Positions 25,527 to 33,963 of a stretch of DNA of 39,273 nucleotides are shown here, one piece after another (position 1 is the first letter of the stretch; each line of letters begins with the position of its first letter). The DNA is from Candidatus Campbellbacteria bacterium (GTDB taxonomy: Bacteria > Patescibacteriota > Minisyncoccia > Phycocordibacterales > GCA-2747955). The translations under genes and the position numbers were made by a program. The notes beneath the pieces are model-generated. The model made no database searches and had not been told where the DNA came from. It saw only the letters and a program-made list of their open reading frames with translations. The stretch covers positions 1 through 39,273 of the forward strand of contig PDQZ01000003.1 in the NCBI GenBank assembly GCA_002747955.1, in the 5' to 3' direction.

Positions 25527-27272
25527 ATGAAACAAAAAACCGCTTTGGAAATTTTAAAAACCGGGCAAAATCTTTTTATCACAGGGCAAGCAGGAACAGG
25601 TAAAACATATTTGTTAAATCAATATATAGACTTTTTAAATCAACACGCAGTTGATGTTTCTGTTGTTGCACCAACAGGGATTGCGGCTTCTCACTTGGAT
25701 GGTTCAACTATTCACTCTTTTTTTGGGCTTGGTTTAAGAAACAATGTGGATGATTATTACATTGACAATTTACTTCAAAAAAAATATTTACACAAAAGGT
25801 TTAAAAACTTAAAAGTTTTACTAATTGATGAAATTTCAATGGTTTCTCCCGAGCTTTTAGACAGTATGAACAAAATCACAAAAGCTTTTAAGTTTTCAGA
25901 CAAGCCTTTTGGAGGTGTTCAGGTTATTATTTCAGGGGACTTTTTTCAGCTTCCACCCATTATCAAAGACAAAAGCATAAAAAAGAAATTTGCTTGGCAA
26001 AGTGATGTTTGGAAAGAGCTTGATTTAAAAACTTGTTATTTAGAAGAAAAGTTCAGGCAAAAAGACAACAAGATTATTCAAATTTTAGAGCAAATCAGAG
26101 AAGGTAAGGTTGATCAAGAAAATATTGATTTTTTAAATTCAACAAGGAAAAATACTTTTGAATTTGAACCAACCAAACTTTACACACACAACATAGACAT
26201 TGACAGAATAAACCAAAAAAAGCTTGAAGAGCTTCAAGAAAAAACCCAAATTTTTGAGGCCAAAACTTTAGGAGCCAAAAAAAATGTTCAGAAAATTTTT
26301 GCTTCATCAATGATTGTTGAAACATTGGTTTTGAAAAAAGAAGCAGTGGTTTTGTTTATTAAAAATGACCCTCAAGGAAAATATGTGAACGGAAATTTAG
26401 GAAAAATTATTGGTTTTACAAAACAAAATCTGCCCATTGTAAAAACTTTAGAAGGGAAAAGAATAGAAGTCGAACAACAGTCTTTTGTTTTGAAAAATCA
26501 AGACAACAAAGAAATCGCAGAAGTAAAGCAAATTCCTTTAAAATTAGCTTGGGCTATTACAGTTCACAAATCTCAAGGAATGACTTTAGATGGAGCAGAA
26601 ATTGACTTGTCAAAAACTTTCGAAATCGGACAAGGTTATGTTGCTCTTTCTCGTGTTAAAGACACAAAAGGTTTGAAGGTTTTGGGGATGAACCAAAAAG
26701 CACTGGAAGTTGATAAGCTCACTTTGTTTATAGACTCAAAAATCAAAGAAGCGTCTTTGAAAACTCAAAAAGAATTTGACCAAAAAACCAAAGAGGAAAT
26801 TGAAAATGAAAAAAGAAAGTTTTTTGAAAAAATAGATGCTGTTTTTGACAAAGAAAATGTTGAAAAAGTAACAAAAGAAGTAAAACAAAAAGTTCAAAAA
26901 ATCAAAAAGGCCAAAAAAGAAAAAGAGAAAAAAGAGAAAAAAACAACTTATCAAAAAACAGCAGAACTTATTTATAAAGTTCAGAGTTTAAACGAGCTTG
27001 TTGAAGAAAGGGGATTTTCTTATGACACTATTTTGAAACATTTAGAACAATTACTAAAAGACAACCAAATCAAAATCAAAGATTTAAAAAAGTTTAAACC
27101 TCAAAAAGAGATTTTCTCTAAAGTTCAAAAAGCTTACAAAGAGATTAAAAAAGAAAATAAAAAAGAAGACTTTTTAGAAAGTGGAAAAATCAAGTTAAGA
27201 TCGATTTTTGAAAAACTAAATGAAGAAGTTTCTTATGATGACATTAAACTTTCAAGAATTTTTCTAGATTAA
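25527..27272 (+). CDS. PIF1/RecD-like SF1B helicase with C-terminal HTH
   Basis: TGQAGTGKT, APTGIAA, IDEISM, GDFFQLPP, LAWAITVHKSQGMTLD, YVALSR. Confidence 0.92.
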   Translation: MKQKTALEILKTGQNLFITGQAGTGKTYLLNQYIDFLNQHAVDVSVVAPTGIAASHLDGSTIHSFFGLGLRNNVDDYYIDNLLQKKYLHKRFKNLKVLLIDEISMVSPELLDSMNKITKAFKFSDKPFGGVQVIISGDFFQLPPIIKDKSIKKKFAWQSDVWKELDLKTCYLEEKFRQKDNKIIQILEQIREGKVDQENIDFLNSTRKNTFEFEPTKLYTHNIDIDRINQKKLEELQEKTQIFEAKTLGAKKNVQKIFASSMIVETLVLKKEAVVLFIKNDPQGKYVNGNLGKIIGFTKQNLPIVKTLEGKRIEVEQQSFVLKNQDNKEIAEVKQIPLKLAWAITVHKSQGMTLDGAEIDLSKTFEIGQGYVALSRVKDTKGLKVLGMNQKALEVDKLTLFIDSKIKEASLKTQKEFDQKTKEEIENEKRKFFEKIDAVFDKENVEKVTKEVKQKVQKIKKAKKEKEKKEKKTTYQKTAELIYKVQSLNELVEERGFSYDTILKHLEQLLKDNQIKIKDLKKFKPQKEIFSKVQKAYKEIKKENKKEDFLESGKIKLRSIFEKLNEEVSYDDIKLSRIFLD

Positions 27273-27282
27273 AAACAAAAAC

Positions 27283-27335
27283 AAAAACCCGAAAATTTGG
27301 CAAACACATCCACACAGCCAAATTTTCGGGTTTTT
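27283..27335 (+). repeat. 15-nt-loop hairpin family copy
   Basis: AAAAACCCGAAAATTTGGC-AAACACATCCACACA-GCCAAATTTTCGGGTTTTT. Confidence 0.9.
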
Positions 27336-27370
27336 TAATTAAAATAAAAAACTAATTTTAAATTAGTTTT

Positions 27371-28087
27371 TTATTTTGTTACTTTTTCTGTTTCTTCTTT
27401 TTGGTTAAAGTAATTTTCCAGAGCCTCGTCCACCACCTTAAAGTCAGCCACAGCAGGGAATGTTTCTCCAGATTTAAGTTGAATAAATACAGTGGGTGTT
27501 CCTCTCACTCCAGCATCAACCCCACTTTTGTAATCGTCTCTTATTTTTTTAGTTGTTGCTTCATTTTTCAAACAAGCCTCAAAAGCTTTTTTTTCAAGTC
27601 CAATGCTTGTTGCAATTTCTGGTAGTCTTTTTACATTAAATTTTCCGTTTGAGCTTGTTTCAGCAAAAATTTTATTTTTATATTCGTAGAATTTTTTTGA
27701 ACCACCCACAACCCCAGCACATTCTGTTGCAATTGCTTCCCCGAAAGCTGAAGGGTGAATTGTCAAAGGAAAGTTTCTGAAAACAAAAGCCACTTTACCA
27801 TCTTCTAAATATTTATCTTGAAGTTTTTTTGAAGATTCATCGTTGTAAGTTTTACAAAACGGACATTCCAAGTCAGAATATTCGATAACAAAAGCTTCCG
27901 CGTTTTCGTTTCCTAAAATATAATCACCCTCACCAACTTTTTTGATAGTAGTTTCTTTTACTACTTTGTCTTTTTCTTCTTTAACCACAACTTTTTTTTC
28001 ATCAGATGAAGTTGCAAAATAAATTGCAAGCCCAACAATAGCTGCTCCGATTAAAATTGAAAAAGGAATTAATAATTTTTCGTTCAT
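27371..28087 (-). CDS. DsbA-family thiol:disulfide oxidoreductase
   Basis: EYSDLECPFC, FRNFPL, GVRGTPT cis-Pro loop; N-terminal TM anchor. Confidence 0.92.
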   Translation of the reverse strand: MNEKLLIPFSILIGAAIVGLAIYFATSSDEKKVVVKEEKDKVVKETTIKKVGEGDYILGNENAEAFVIEYSDLECPFCKTYNDESSKKLQDKYLEDGKVAFVFRNFPLTIHPSAFGEAIATECAGVVGGSKKFYEYKNKIFAETSSNGKFNVKRLPEIATSIGLEKKAFEACLKNEATTKKIRDDYKSGVDAGVRGTPTVFIQLKSGETFPAVADFKVVDEALENYFNQKEETEKVTK

Positions 28088-28182
28088 TATTTTTTCTTTA
28101 ATTTTGTTTATAATATAAACATTTTAACATAAAAATTATTTTTTAAAATACCTTTTTTAATTATCTATGTTAAAATTATTTC

Positions 28183-29319
28183 ATGCAAAAAATAACAGAT
28201 CTAAAATTAAAAAAAGAAAGTACAGTTTTGATCAGAGCAAGTTTAAACGTGCCAGTTAAAAAAGATAAAAATAAGAAAGAAAAAATTGAAGACGATTTTC
28301 GTTTAAAATCAATTTTAAAAACTTTAAAATATTTATCAAAAAAGGAAGCCAGGATTGTTTTAATAGGTCATATTGGAAAAGACCAAAAGAGTAATTTTGA
28401 TTTGGTTTTTAAGTGGCTAAAAAAAGAATTGAAAAAAGACAATATCAATATTTATTTTGATTCTGGAACTTTTTTAAATTTTGATAAAGAAAAAATAAAA
28501 GAAGTGCAAAATAAAATTGAAGATTTAGAGGGCGGAGAAATTTTACTTTTAGATAATTTAAGACATACAGAAAAAGAGAAGAAAAATAGTAAAAAGTTTG
28601 CGAGAGAACTAAAAAACTTAGCTGATTTTTATATAAATGAAGCATTTGCTGTTTCGCACAGAAAACATTGTTCGGTTTCAGCTTTACCTGATAAATTTAC
28701 TTTAAGTAAAAAAGCTTATGGTTTTAGATTTGAAGATGAGTTAAAAAATATACAAAAAATTAAGAAACATAAATCTCCTTCGATTTTGTTTTTAGGCGGA
28801 GCTAAAATTGAAACAAAATTGCCAATGATTAAAAACTTGATCGATGAGTTTGATCTTGTTGTTTTGGGTGGGGGAATTGCAAATACATTTTATAAACAAA
28901 AAGGTTTTGAAATTGGAAAGTCAATTTGTGATGATAAAAACATAAATATCAAAAATCTTTTGAAAAATCCAAAAATTTTTATTCCTGAAATTGTAGAAAC
29001 TGAAAACGGAATAAAGCATATTTCTGAAGTTAAAAAAAATGAAAAAATTTTGGATAACAACCCAAGGTCTTATAAAGAACTTGAAGAGGTTTTCAAAAAA
29101 GCAAAATTTGTTTTTTATAACGGGCCTTTTGGGTATTATGAAGGTGGGTATAAAAAAGGAAGTATTTATATTTTGAAAAAATTTGCAAACAAAAAACAGT
29201 ATTTTGTCATTGGCGGTGGAAACACAGTTTCGGTTGCCCAAAAACTAAAACTTGAAGATAAAATAAATTTTATTTCAACGGGTGGAGGAGCTTTGCTTTA
29301 TGGGTTAAGCCGAAAATAA
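28183..29319 (+). CDS. pgk: Phosphoglycerate kinase
   Basis: LNVP, EAFAVSHR, LGGAKIETK, GGGIANTF, NGPFG, IGGGNT, ISTGGGALL. Confidence 0.93.
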   Translation: MQKITDLKLKKESTVLIRASLNVPVKKDKNKKEKIEDDFRLKSILKTLKYLSKKEARIVLIGHIGKDQKSNFDLVFKWLKKELKKDNINIYFDSGTFLNFDKEKIKEVQNKIEDLEGGEILLLDNLRHTEKEKKNSKKFARELKNLADFYINEAFAVSHRKHCSVSALPDKFTLSKKAYGFRFEDELKNIQKIKKHKSPSILFLGGAKIETKLPMIKNLIDEFDLVVLGGGIANTFYKQKGFEIGKSICDDKNINIKNLLKNPKIFIPEIVETENGIKHISEVKKNEKILDNNPRSYKELEEVFKKAKFVFYNGPFGYYEGGYKKGSIYILKKFANKKQYFVIGGGNTVSVAQKLKLEDKINFISTGGGALLYGLSRK

Positions 29320-29337
29320 AAATTGTAAAAAACAAAA

Positions 29338-29378
29338 GCCCGATTTTGACAAACACACCCACGCAGTCAAAATCGGGC
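29338..29378 (+). repeat. 15-nt-loop hairpin family copy
   Basis: GCCCGATTTTGAC-AAACACACCCACGCA-GTCAAAATCGGGC. Confidence 0.9.
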
Positions 29379-29391
29379 TTTTTCATTTAAC

Positions 29392-30195
29392 CTACTTCAA
29401 ATTTATCTCTAAAAAAACAGGACAATGATCCGAACCTAAAACTTGATCATAAATTTCAGCTTTTTTAATTTTATTTTTCAAACTCTCTGAAACCAAAAAA
29501 TAGTCAATTCTCCAGCCAGAGTTGTTTTTGCGTGCGTTAAATCTGTAAGACCACCAAGAGTATTTTTCACTTTCTGGATTTTTAAACCTAAAAGTGTCAA
29601 TAAATCCTTTTTTCAAAAAGTTTTCAAACCCTTCTCTTTCTTTGTCAGTAAAACCAGCATTTCCAGGTTTTGTTTCTGTGGTTTTGTTTGTTTGAGGATT
29701 TTTCAGATCAATTTCTGTGTGAGCCACATTTAAGTCTCCACAAAAAATAACCGGTTTTTTCTTTTCTTTTTTCTTAACAAATTTTAAAAAGTCTTTGTCC
29801 CAACTTTGATGTCGCACATCAACTCTTGATAAATCAGGCTTTGAATTTGGAGTATAAACTCCTGTTACAAAAAATTTTTCAAACTCAAGTGTAATCACGC
29901 GACCCTCAGAGTCCAAGTCGTGACCAATTCCAAACTCAATATTTAAAGGCTCTTCTTTGGTAAAAAAAGCAACTCCCGAATAACCTTTTTTTTCGGCCGA
30001 ATTAAAAAAGTGGTATTTGTATTTTTTGAAAAAATCCAATCTTTCATCTTTGATAAAATCTTCAATCTGTTCTTTTTGGGCTTTTGTTTCTTGCAGACAA
30101 ATAATATCTGCTTTTTGTTTTTCCAAAAATTCAAAAACATTTTCTTTTTTAGCCCAAGCTCGAAAGCCATTTACATTCCAAGATAATAATTTCAT
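29392..30195 (-). CDS. xth: Exodeoxyribonuclease III
   Basis: SWNVNG, CLQETK, KKGYSG, CGDLNVAH, YSWWSYR, GWRIDYF, GSDHCP; ATG at 30195 preferred. Confidence 0.96.
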   Translation of the reverse strand: MKLLSWNVNGFRAWAKKENVFEFLEKQKADIICLQETKAQKEQIEDFIKDERLDFFKKYKYHFFNSAEKKGYSGVAFFTKEEPLNIEFGIGHDLDSEGRVITLEFEKFFVTGVYTPNSKPDLSRVDVRHQSWDKDFLKFVKKKEKKKPVIFCGDLNVAHTEIDLKNPQTNKTTETKPGNAGFTDKEREGFENFLKKGFIDTFRFKNPESEKYSWWSYRFNARKNNSGWRIDYFLVSESLKNKIKKAEIYDQVLGSDHCPVFLEINLK

Positions 30196-30256
30196 AAACA
30201 CAATTATAACATATAAAAAAAGCTGGATTTTGCATACGCAAAATCCAGCACCGTAT

Positions 30257-30658
30257 TTAGTGTAAAACTAAATGTTCTGTAAAACCACCATCTGGCAGTC
30301 TTTCAGATATATAAATTTTTGATGGAACCCACTTTAAGGTGGTTTCACACCAATATAAATAATCATCCTGACTTCTAAGAAAGTCAAAAATTCCTCCATC
30401 TTCAGAAATTAAAATAATTTCTGTAAGAGTTGAATTTATTTTGATAACACCCTCATCGAATACAAAGTTGTTCCCAGCAATATCTGACTCATCCAGTTCA
30501 TATTTGTAACCAGGCGCACAACCAAAACGGTCACAAATAATACGTCTTTTTTTCTTTAGGTCCTTTTTGCTTGCCGCTCCTGCTTGCATTATTAATTCGC
30601 AGGTTCGGACTATTCTATTTAAGTCAATCACACTTTGAATTTTATGTTTTGTTTTCAT
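30257..30658 (-). CDS. Hypothetical protein, paralog 2 of tandem pair
   Basis: GGAG SD; aligns by eye with 30676-31125. Confidence 0.7.
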   Translation of the reverse strand: MKTKHKIQSVIDLNRIVRTCELIMQAGAASKKDLKKKRRIICDRFGCAPGYKYELDESDIAGNNFVFDEGVIKINSTLTEIILISEDGGIFDFLRSQDDYLYWCETTLKWVPSKIYISERLPDGGFTEHLVLH

Positions 30659-30675
30659 TTTTTCTCTCCAAGATA

Positions 30676-31125
30676 TTAACCAAAAAATTTATACCAAATA
30701 TTTATCAATTTCATTTTTAAATTAATAAACATCCCACCTTTAACAGGAACCCATTTTTGTCCGCTTTCAGACCAAAACAGGAATTCTTTATCGTGTCTTA
30801 AAAGATATAAAACATCTTTGTACCAACAAGCACGATTGTTTGCACCAGCAAAGTTTTTTGGAGTTTTTAAAACAACTTCCTCAAGACCAGAGCTATAAGA
30901 TATTTCAATATCATCAAGCTTAAAGCTAAAAGTATTACCTTTTAAATCCTCTTTACTTAATCTATGTTCATAGTAAGTTTCCTGGCAATCAAAATCACCA
31001 GTAATTCTTTTTTTCCCATTCACATCTTTTGAACTTTCAGCGCTGTGGTCCATAAGGTAGTTACAAACCCGTAAAAGCTCTGAAAGATAACTATTTTCTA
31101 TTGGATGCTTCGTGATTAAATACAT
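30676..31125 (-). CDS. Hypothetical protein, paralog 1 of tandem pair
   Basis: GAGGT SD, TTGACT-N16-TATAAT promoter (31199-31172). Confidence 0.7.
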   Translation of the reverse strand: MYLITKHPIENSYLSELLRVCNYLMDHSAESSKDVNGKKRITGDFDCQETYYEHRLSKEDLKGNTFSFKLDDIEISYSSGLEEVVLKTPKNFAGANNRACWYKDVLYLLRHDKEFLFWSESGQKWVPVKGGMFINLKMKLINIWYKFFG

Positions 31126-31213
31126 TTTTATTTACCTCTTTTTTGTATTTCATATTAAAAAACCGAACTAGATTATAAAATATTTAAAAATAAAGTCAAT
31201 CTTTTCGGGTTGG

Positions 31214-31310
31214 GGAAAACCGCCGAAATTTTTTGAAACCTTTTGGAAAATAATTTGGGCGCCGCCCAAATTATTTTCCAAAAGGTTTCAAAAAATTTCG
31301 GCCGTTTTCC
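31214..31310. repeat. 97-bp palindrome (47-bp arms, one mismatch, GCC loop)
   Basis: Arms 31214-31260 and 31264-31310. Confidence 0.92.
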
Positions 31311-31353
31311 ATCCACCTTTTGCTTTTCCTTTTTTATTGTGTAAAATATATTT

Positions 31354-31920
31354 ATGATAAACACACTTGAAGGTAAAGTTACAATCAAAGAAGAAAGTTT
31401 TTTAGTTTTAAACGTAAACAACATTGGCTACAAAATTTTTGTCGGAACTGATTTGCAAAACGTTTCTGTCGGAACCGATCTTTTTGTTTACACATATTTA
31501 TCCGTTAAAGAAACATCTTTGGAACTGTACGGATTTGCCACACACGATTATTTAAAAATCTTTGAACTCCTTTTAACAATCTCAGGAATTGGTCCCAAAG
31601 CAGCCCTTGGAATTTTGTCCGTTTCAACTCCAGCTTCCTTGAAAAAAGCAGTTTTAACAGAAAACACAGATGAACTAACAAAAGTTTCAGGAATTGGAAA
31701 AAAGAACGCTCAAAAAATCATCATTGAACTTAAAAACAAAATTGAAAAAATCAAACTTGATCAAACTGTTTCAGAATCTTTCGATCTTGAGGTTTACGAA
31801 ACTTTGGAAAGTTTAGGGTTTGAAAGAACAAAAGTCAGAGAAGTTTTAACAGAACTTGATGAAAGCCTAAATACTGAACAAAAAATCAAAATGGCTCTAA
31901 AAATTTTAGGAAGAAAATAA
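31354..31920 (+). CDS. ruvA: Holliday junction branch migration protein RuvA
   Basis: NNIGYKI, LELYGF, LLTISGIGPKAAL, KVSGIGKKNAQKIIIELK, LESLGF. Confidence 0.96.
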   Translation: MINTLEGKVTIKEESFLVLNVNNIGYKIFVGTDLQNVSVGTDLFVYTYLSVKETSLELYGFATHDYLKIFELLLTISGIGPKAALGILSVSTPASLKKAVLTENTDELTKVSGIGKKNAQKIIIELKNKIEKIKLDQTVSESFDLEVYETLESLGFERTKVREVLTELDESLNTEQKIKMALKILGRK

Positions 31921-31972
31921 AACCAAAATCATTTGGTTTTTGTTTTGTTAAATTTTGTGCTAAACTTGAAAT

Positions 31973-33502
31973 ATGAGTATTTCAAAAATATATTCAACTC
32001 AGTTTGATATTTTAAATTCTTTTATCGTTGAAATAGAGTCTGACATTGCCAAAAAAGGTCTTTTAAAAACTTTCAAAATCGTTGGGCTTCCAGACAAAGC
32101 AACCGATGAAGCCAAAGAAAGAGTACCGTCTGCCATAGCAAATTCAGGTTTTGATTCACCCAGACAGTATAAAGTTACCGTTTCACTTTCACCAGCCTTT
32201 AAGAAAAAAGAAGGTTCTATTTTTGACCTGCCAATTGCTTTGGGGTTTTTACTGGCATCAGAACAAATTAATTTTAACTTTCAAAACAAAATTTTCATCG
32301 GCGAGTTAAGTTTAAACGGAGATGTAAAGAAAATCAAAGGTGTTTTGCCAATGGTAAACTGTGCCAAAAAACAAGGTTTCACTTCTGTTTATTTACCCGA
32401 AGAAAACAAACAAGAAGCAAGTTATATAGAAGGTATAAATATTTTTCCCATCAAAAATTTAAAACAACTTGCCCAACACTTAGAACAAGAAAACAAAGAA
32501 CAAAAAGATTTAACTAAAATAATCAAGCCATTTGTTCGAAAAAAAGAACCTCAAAACCAAAATCATCAACAAATTCAAAAAAATGATTTTTGTTATATCA
32601 TCAATCAGGACACAGCCAAAAGAGCTTTAGAAATTGGAGCTGCGGGAGGGCACAACACAGCAATGTACGGTCCTGCCGGGACAGGAAAAACAATGCTTGC
32701 AAAATCTTTCTGCACAATTTTGCCCAAACTTTCACAAAAACAAGCTTTAGAAGTCACAGAGATTTTTTCAGCAAGTGGAATTTTAGAAACAGATTTTATC
32801 ACACAGCCACCTTTTAGAAGTCCGCACCACACATCATCTTATGTTTCCATTATCGGTGGAGGAACAAATATCAAACCAGGCGAAGTAACTCTTGCCAACA
32901 ACGGAGTTTTGTTTCTAGACGAGTTTGTAGAATTTGACAAAAGAGTTTTGGAGTCTTTAAGAGAGCCACTTGAAGATGGATATATAAACATTTCACGGGC
33001 AAAGGGAAGCGTTAAATTTCCAGCCAACTTTATTTTACTTGCAGCTTTAAACCCACCTTCAGCAGTTTCTCAAAATTACTCTTTAAATGACTTGAAAAAA
33101 TTTCAGAAAAAACTTTCAGGACCAATTATCGACAGAATTGACTTGTGGACCGAAGTTCAAAAAGTAAAACACAAAGATTTATCAAACAAGAAAGTTTCAG
33201 GAGAAAAGTCCTTTCAAATCAGACAACGAGTTCAAAAAGCTCGAGAAATTCAAAAAGAAAGATTTGGAAAAGAGAAACTCAACAGCCAAATGTCTGTTAA
33301 AGAAATTAACAAATTTGTCATTTTTTCACAAACCCAAAAAGAACTTTTGGAAAAAGCAGCCGAGCAGATGAATTTTTCTCCCAGGGTTTTTCACAAAATC
33401 AAAAAAATCACTCAAACAATAGCAGATTTAGACAACAACGGAAAAATCAAAGATGAACATATTTTAGAAGCGTTGCAATATCGCCCCAAAGACATAATAT
33501 AA
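31973..33502 (+). CDS. comM: ComM/YifB Mg-chelatase-like AAA+ helicase
   Basis: IVGLPDKA, DLPIALG, GELSLNG, GPAGTGKT, PFRSPHH, PGEVTLANNGVLFLDEF, SGPIIDRID. Confidence 0.92.
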   Translation: MSISKIYSTQFDILNSFIVEIESDIAKKGLLKTFKIVGLPDKATDEAKERVPSAIANSGFDSPRQYKVTVSLSPAFKKKEGSIFDLPIALGFLLASEQINFNFQNKIFIGELSLNGDVKKIKGVLPMVNCAKKQGFTSVYLPEENKQEASYIEGINIFPIKNLKQLAQHLEQENKEQKDLTKIIKPFVRKKEPQNQNHQQIQKNDFCYIINQDTAKRALEIGAAGGHNTAMYGPAGTGKTMLAKSFCTILPKLSQKQALEVTEIFSASGILETDFITQPPFRSPHHTSSYVSIIGGGTNIKPGEVTLANNGVLFLDEFVEFDKRVLESLREPLEDGYINISRAKGSVKFPANFILLAALNPPSAVSQNYSLNDLKKFQKKLSGPIIDRIDLWTEVQKVKHKDLSNKKVSGEKSFQIRQRVQKAREIQKERFGKEKLNSQMSVKEINKFVIFSQTQKELLEKAAEQMNFSPRVFHKIKKITQTIADLDNNGKIKDEHILEALQYRPKDII

Positions 33503-33625
33503 AAAAGTCATAAATTGACGAAAATCTTTGTTGACTTTATAAAATTATTTTTCAACGTAATAACACATACGTCTCAAAATAATTTTATTCGTCGCCTCGA
33601 TTTTCATTCAATTTCTGACTTTTTT
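33501..33625 (-). repeat. Bulged long-hairpin element, copy 1
   Basis: Reverse complement AAAAAAGTCA...GAGGCGACGA-ATAAAATTATTT-TGAG-ACGTA-TGTGTTAT-TACGT-TGA-AAAATAATTTTAT-AAAGTCAACAAA...TGACTTTTTT. Confidence 0.85.
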
Positions 33626-33650
33626 AAAAAACTTGGAAAATTAAAAAAAT

Positions 33651-33671
33651 CCCGCCGCCTTCGGCGGCGGG
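33651..33671. repeat. GC-rich TTC/GAA triloop hairpin
   Basis: CCCGCCGCC-TTC-GGCGGCGGG. Confidence 0.85.
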
Positions 33672-33730
33672 CTTTTAAAAACACTTCACCTTTCAATATT
33701 TTTCAATAATAAAAATAAAATAAATTAAAT

Positions 33731-33816
33731 GAAAATCGCGGAAAAAGAGAAAAAATCTTTGAGACGTATGTAATAAGTACGTTGAAAGGATTTTTTCTTT
33801 TTTGACAAAGATTTTT
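33731..33816 (+). repeat. Bulged long-hairpin element, copy 2 (degenerate)
   Basis: GAAAATC...AAAAAATCTTT-GAG-ACGTA-TGTAATAAG-TACGT-TGA-AAGGATTTTTT...GACAAA-GATTTT. Confidence 0.75.
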
Positions 33817-33834
33817 ACTAACCCACCTTACTTT

Positions 33835-33962
33835 CTAAAACTTAAAAAATTGGATGAATTGCGAGGCGTCGAATAAAAAAATCGCGAAACGTATGTGTTA
33901 TTACGTTGAGCGATTTTTTTTATGAAGGCAACGAAGCAAGTCGCCAATTTTTTAAGTTTTAG
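33835..33962 (+). repeat. Bulged long-hairpin element, copy 3
   Basis: CTAAAACTTAAAAAATTGG...GAGGCGTCGA-ATAAAAAAATCGC-GAA-ACGTA-TGTGTTAT-TACGT-TGA-GCGATTTTTTTTAT-GAAGGCAACGAA...CCAATTTTTTAAGTTTTAG. Confidence 0.85.
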
Positions 33963-33963
33963 T

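Noticed and set aside
33515-33709. 64-aa plus-strand ORF
   Set aside because: Reads through hairpin copy 1 and the GC triloop; its RRLRRR is an artefact of the palindrome
33501-33962. CRISPR array or integron attC cassette array
   Set aside because: Copies are in mixed orientation, lack constant-length unique spacers, contain no ORF cassettes, and no cas or intI gene is present
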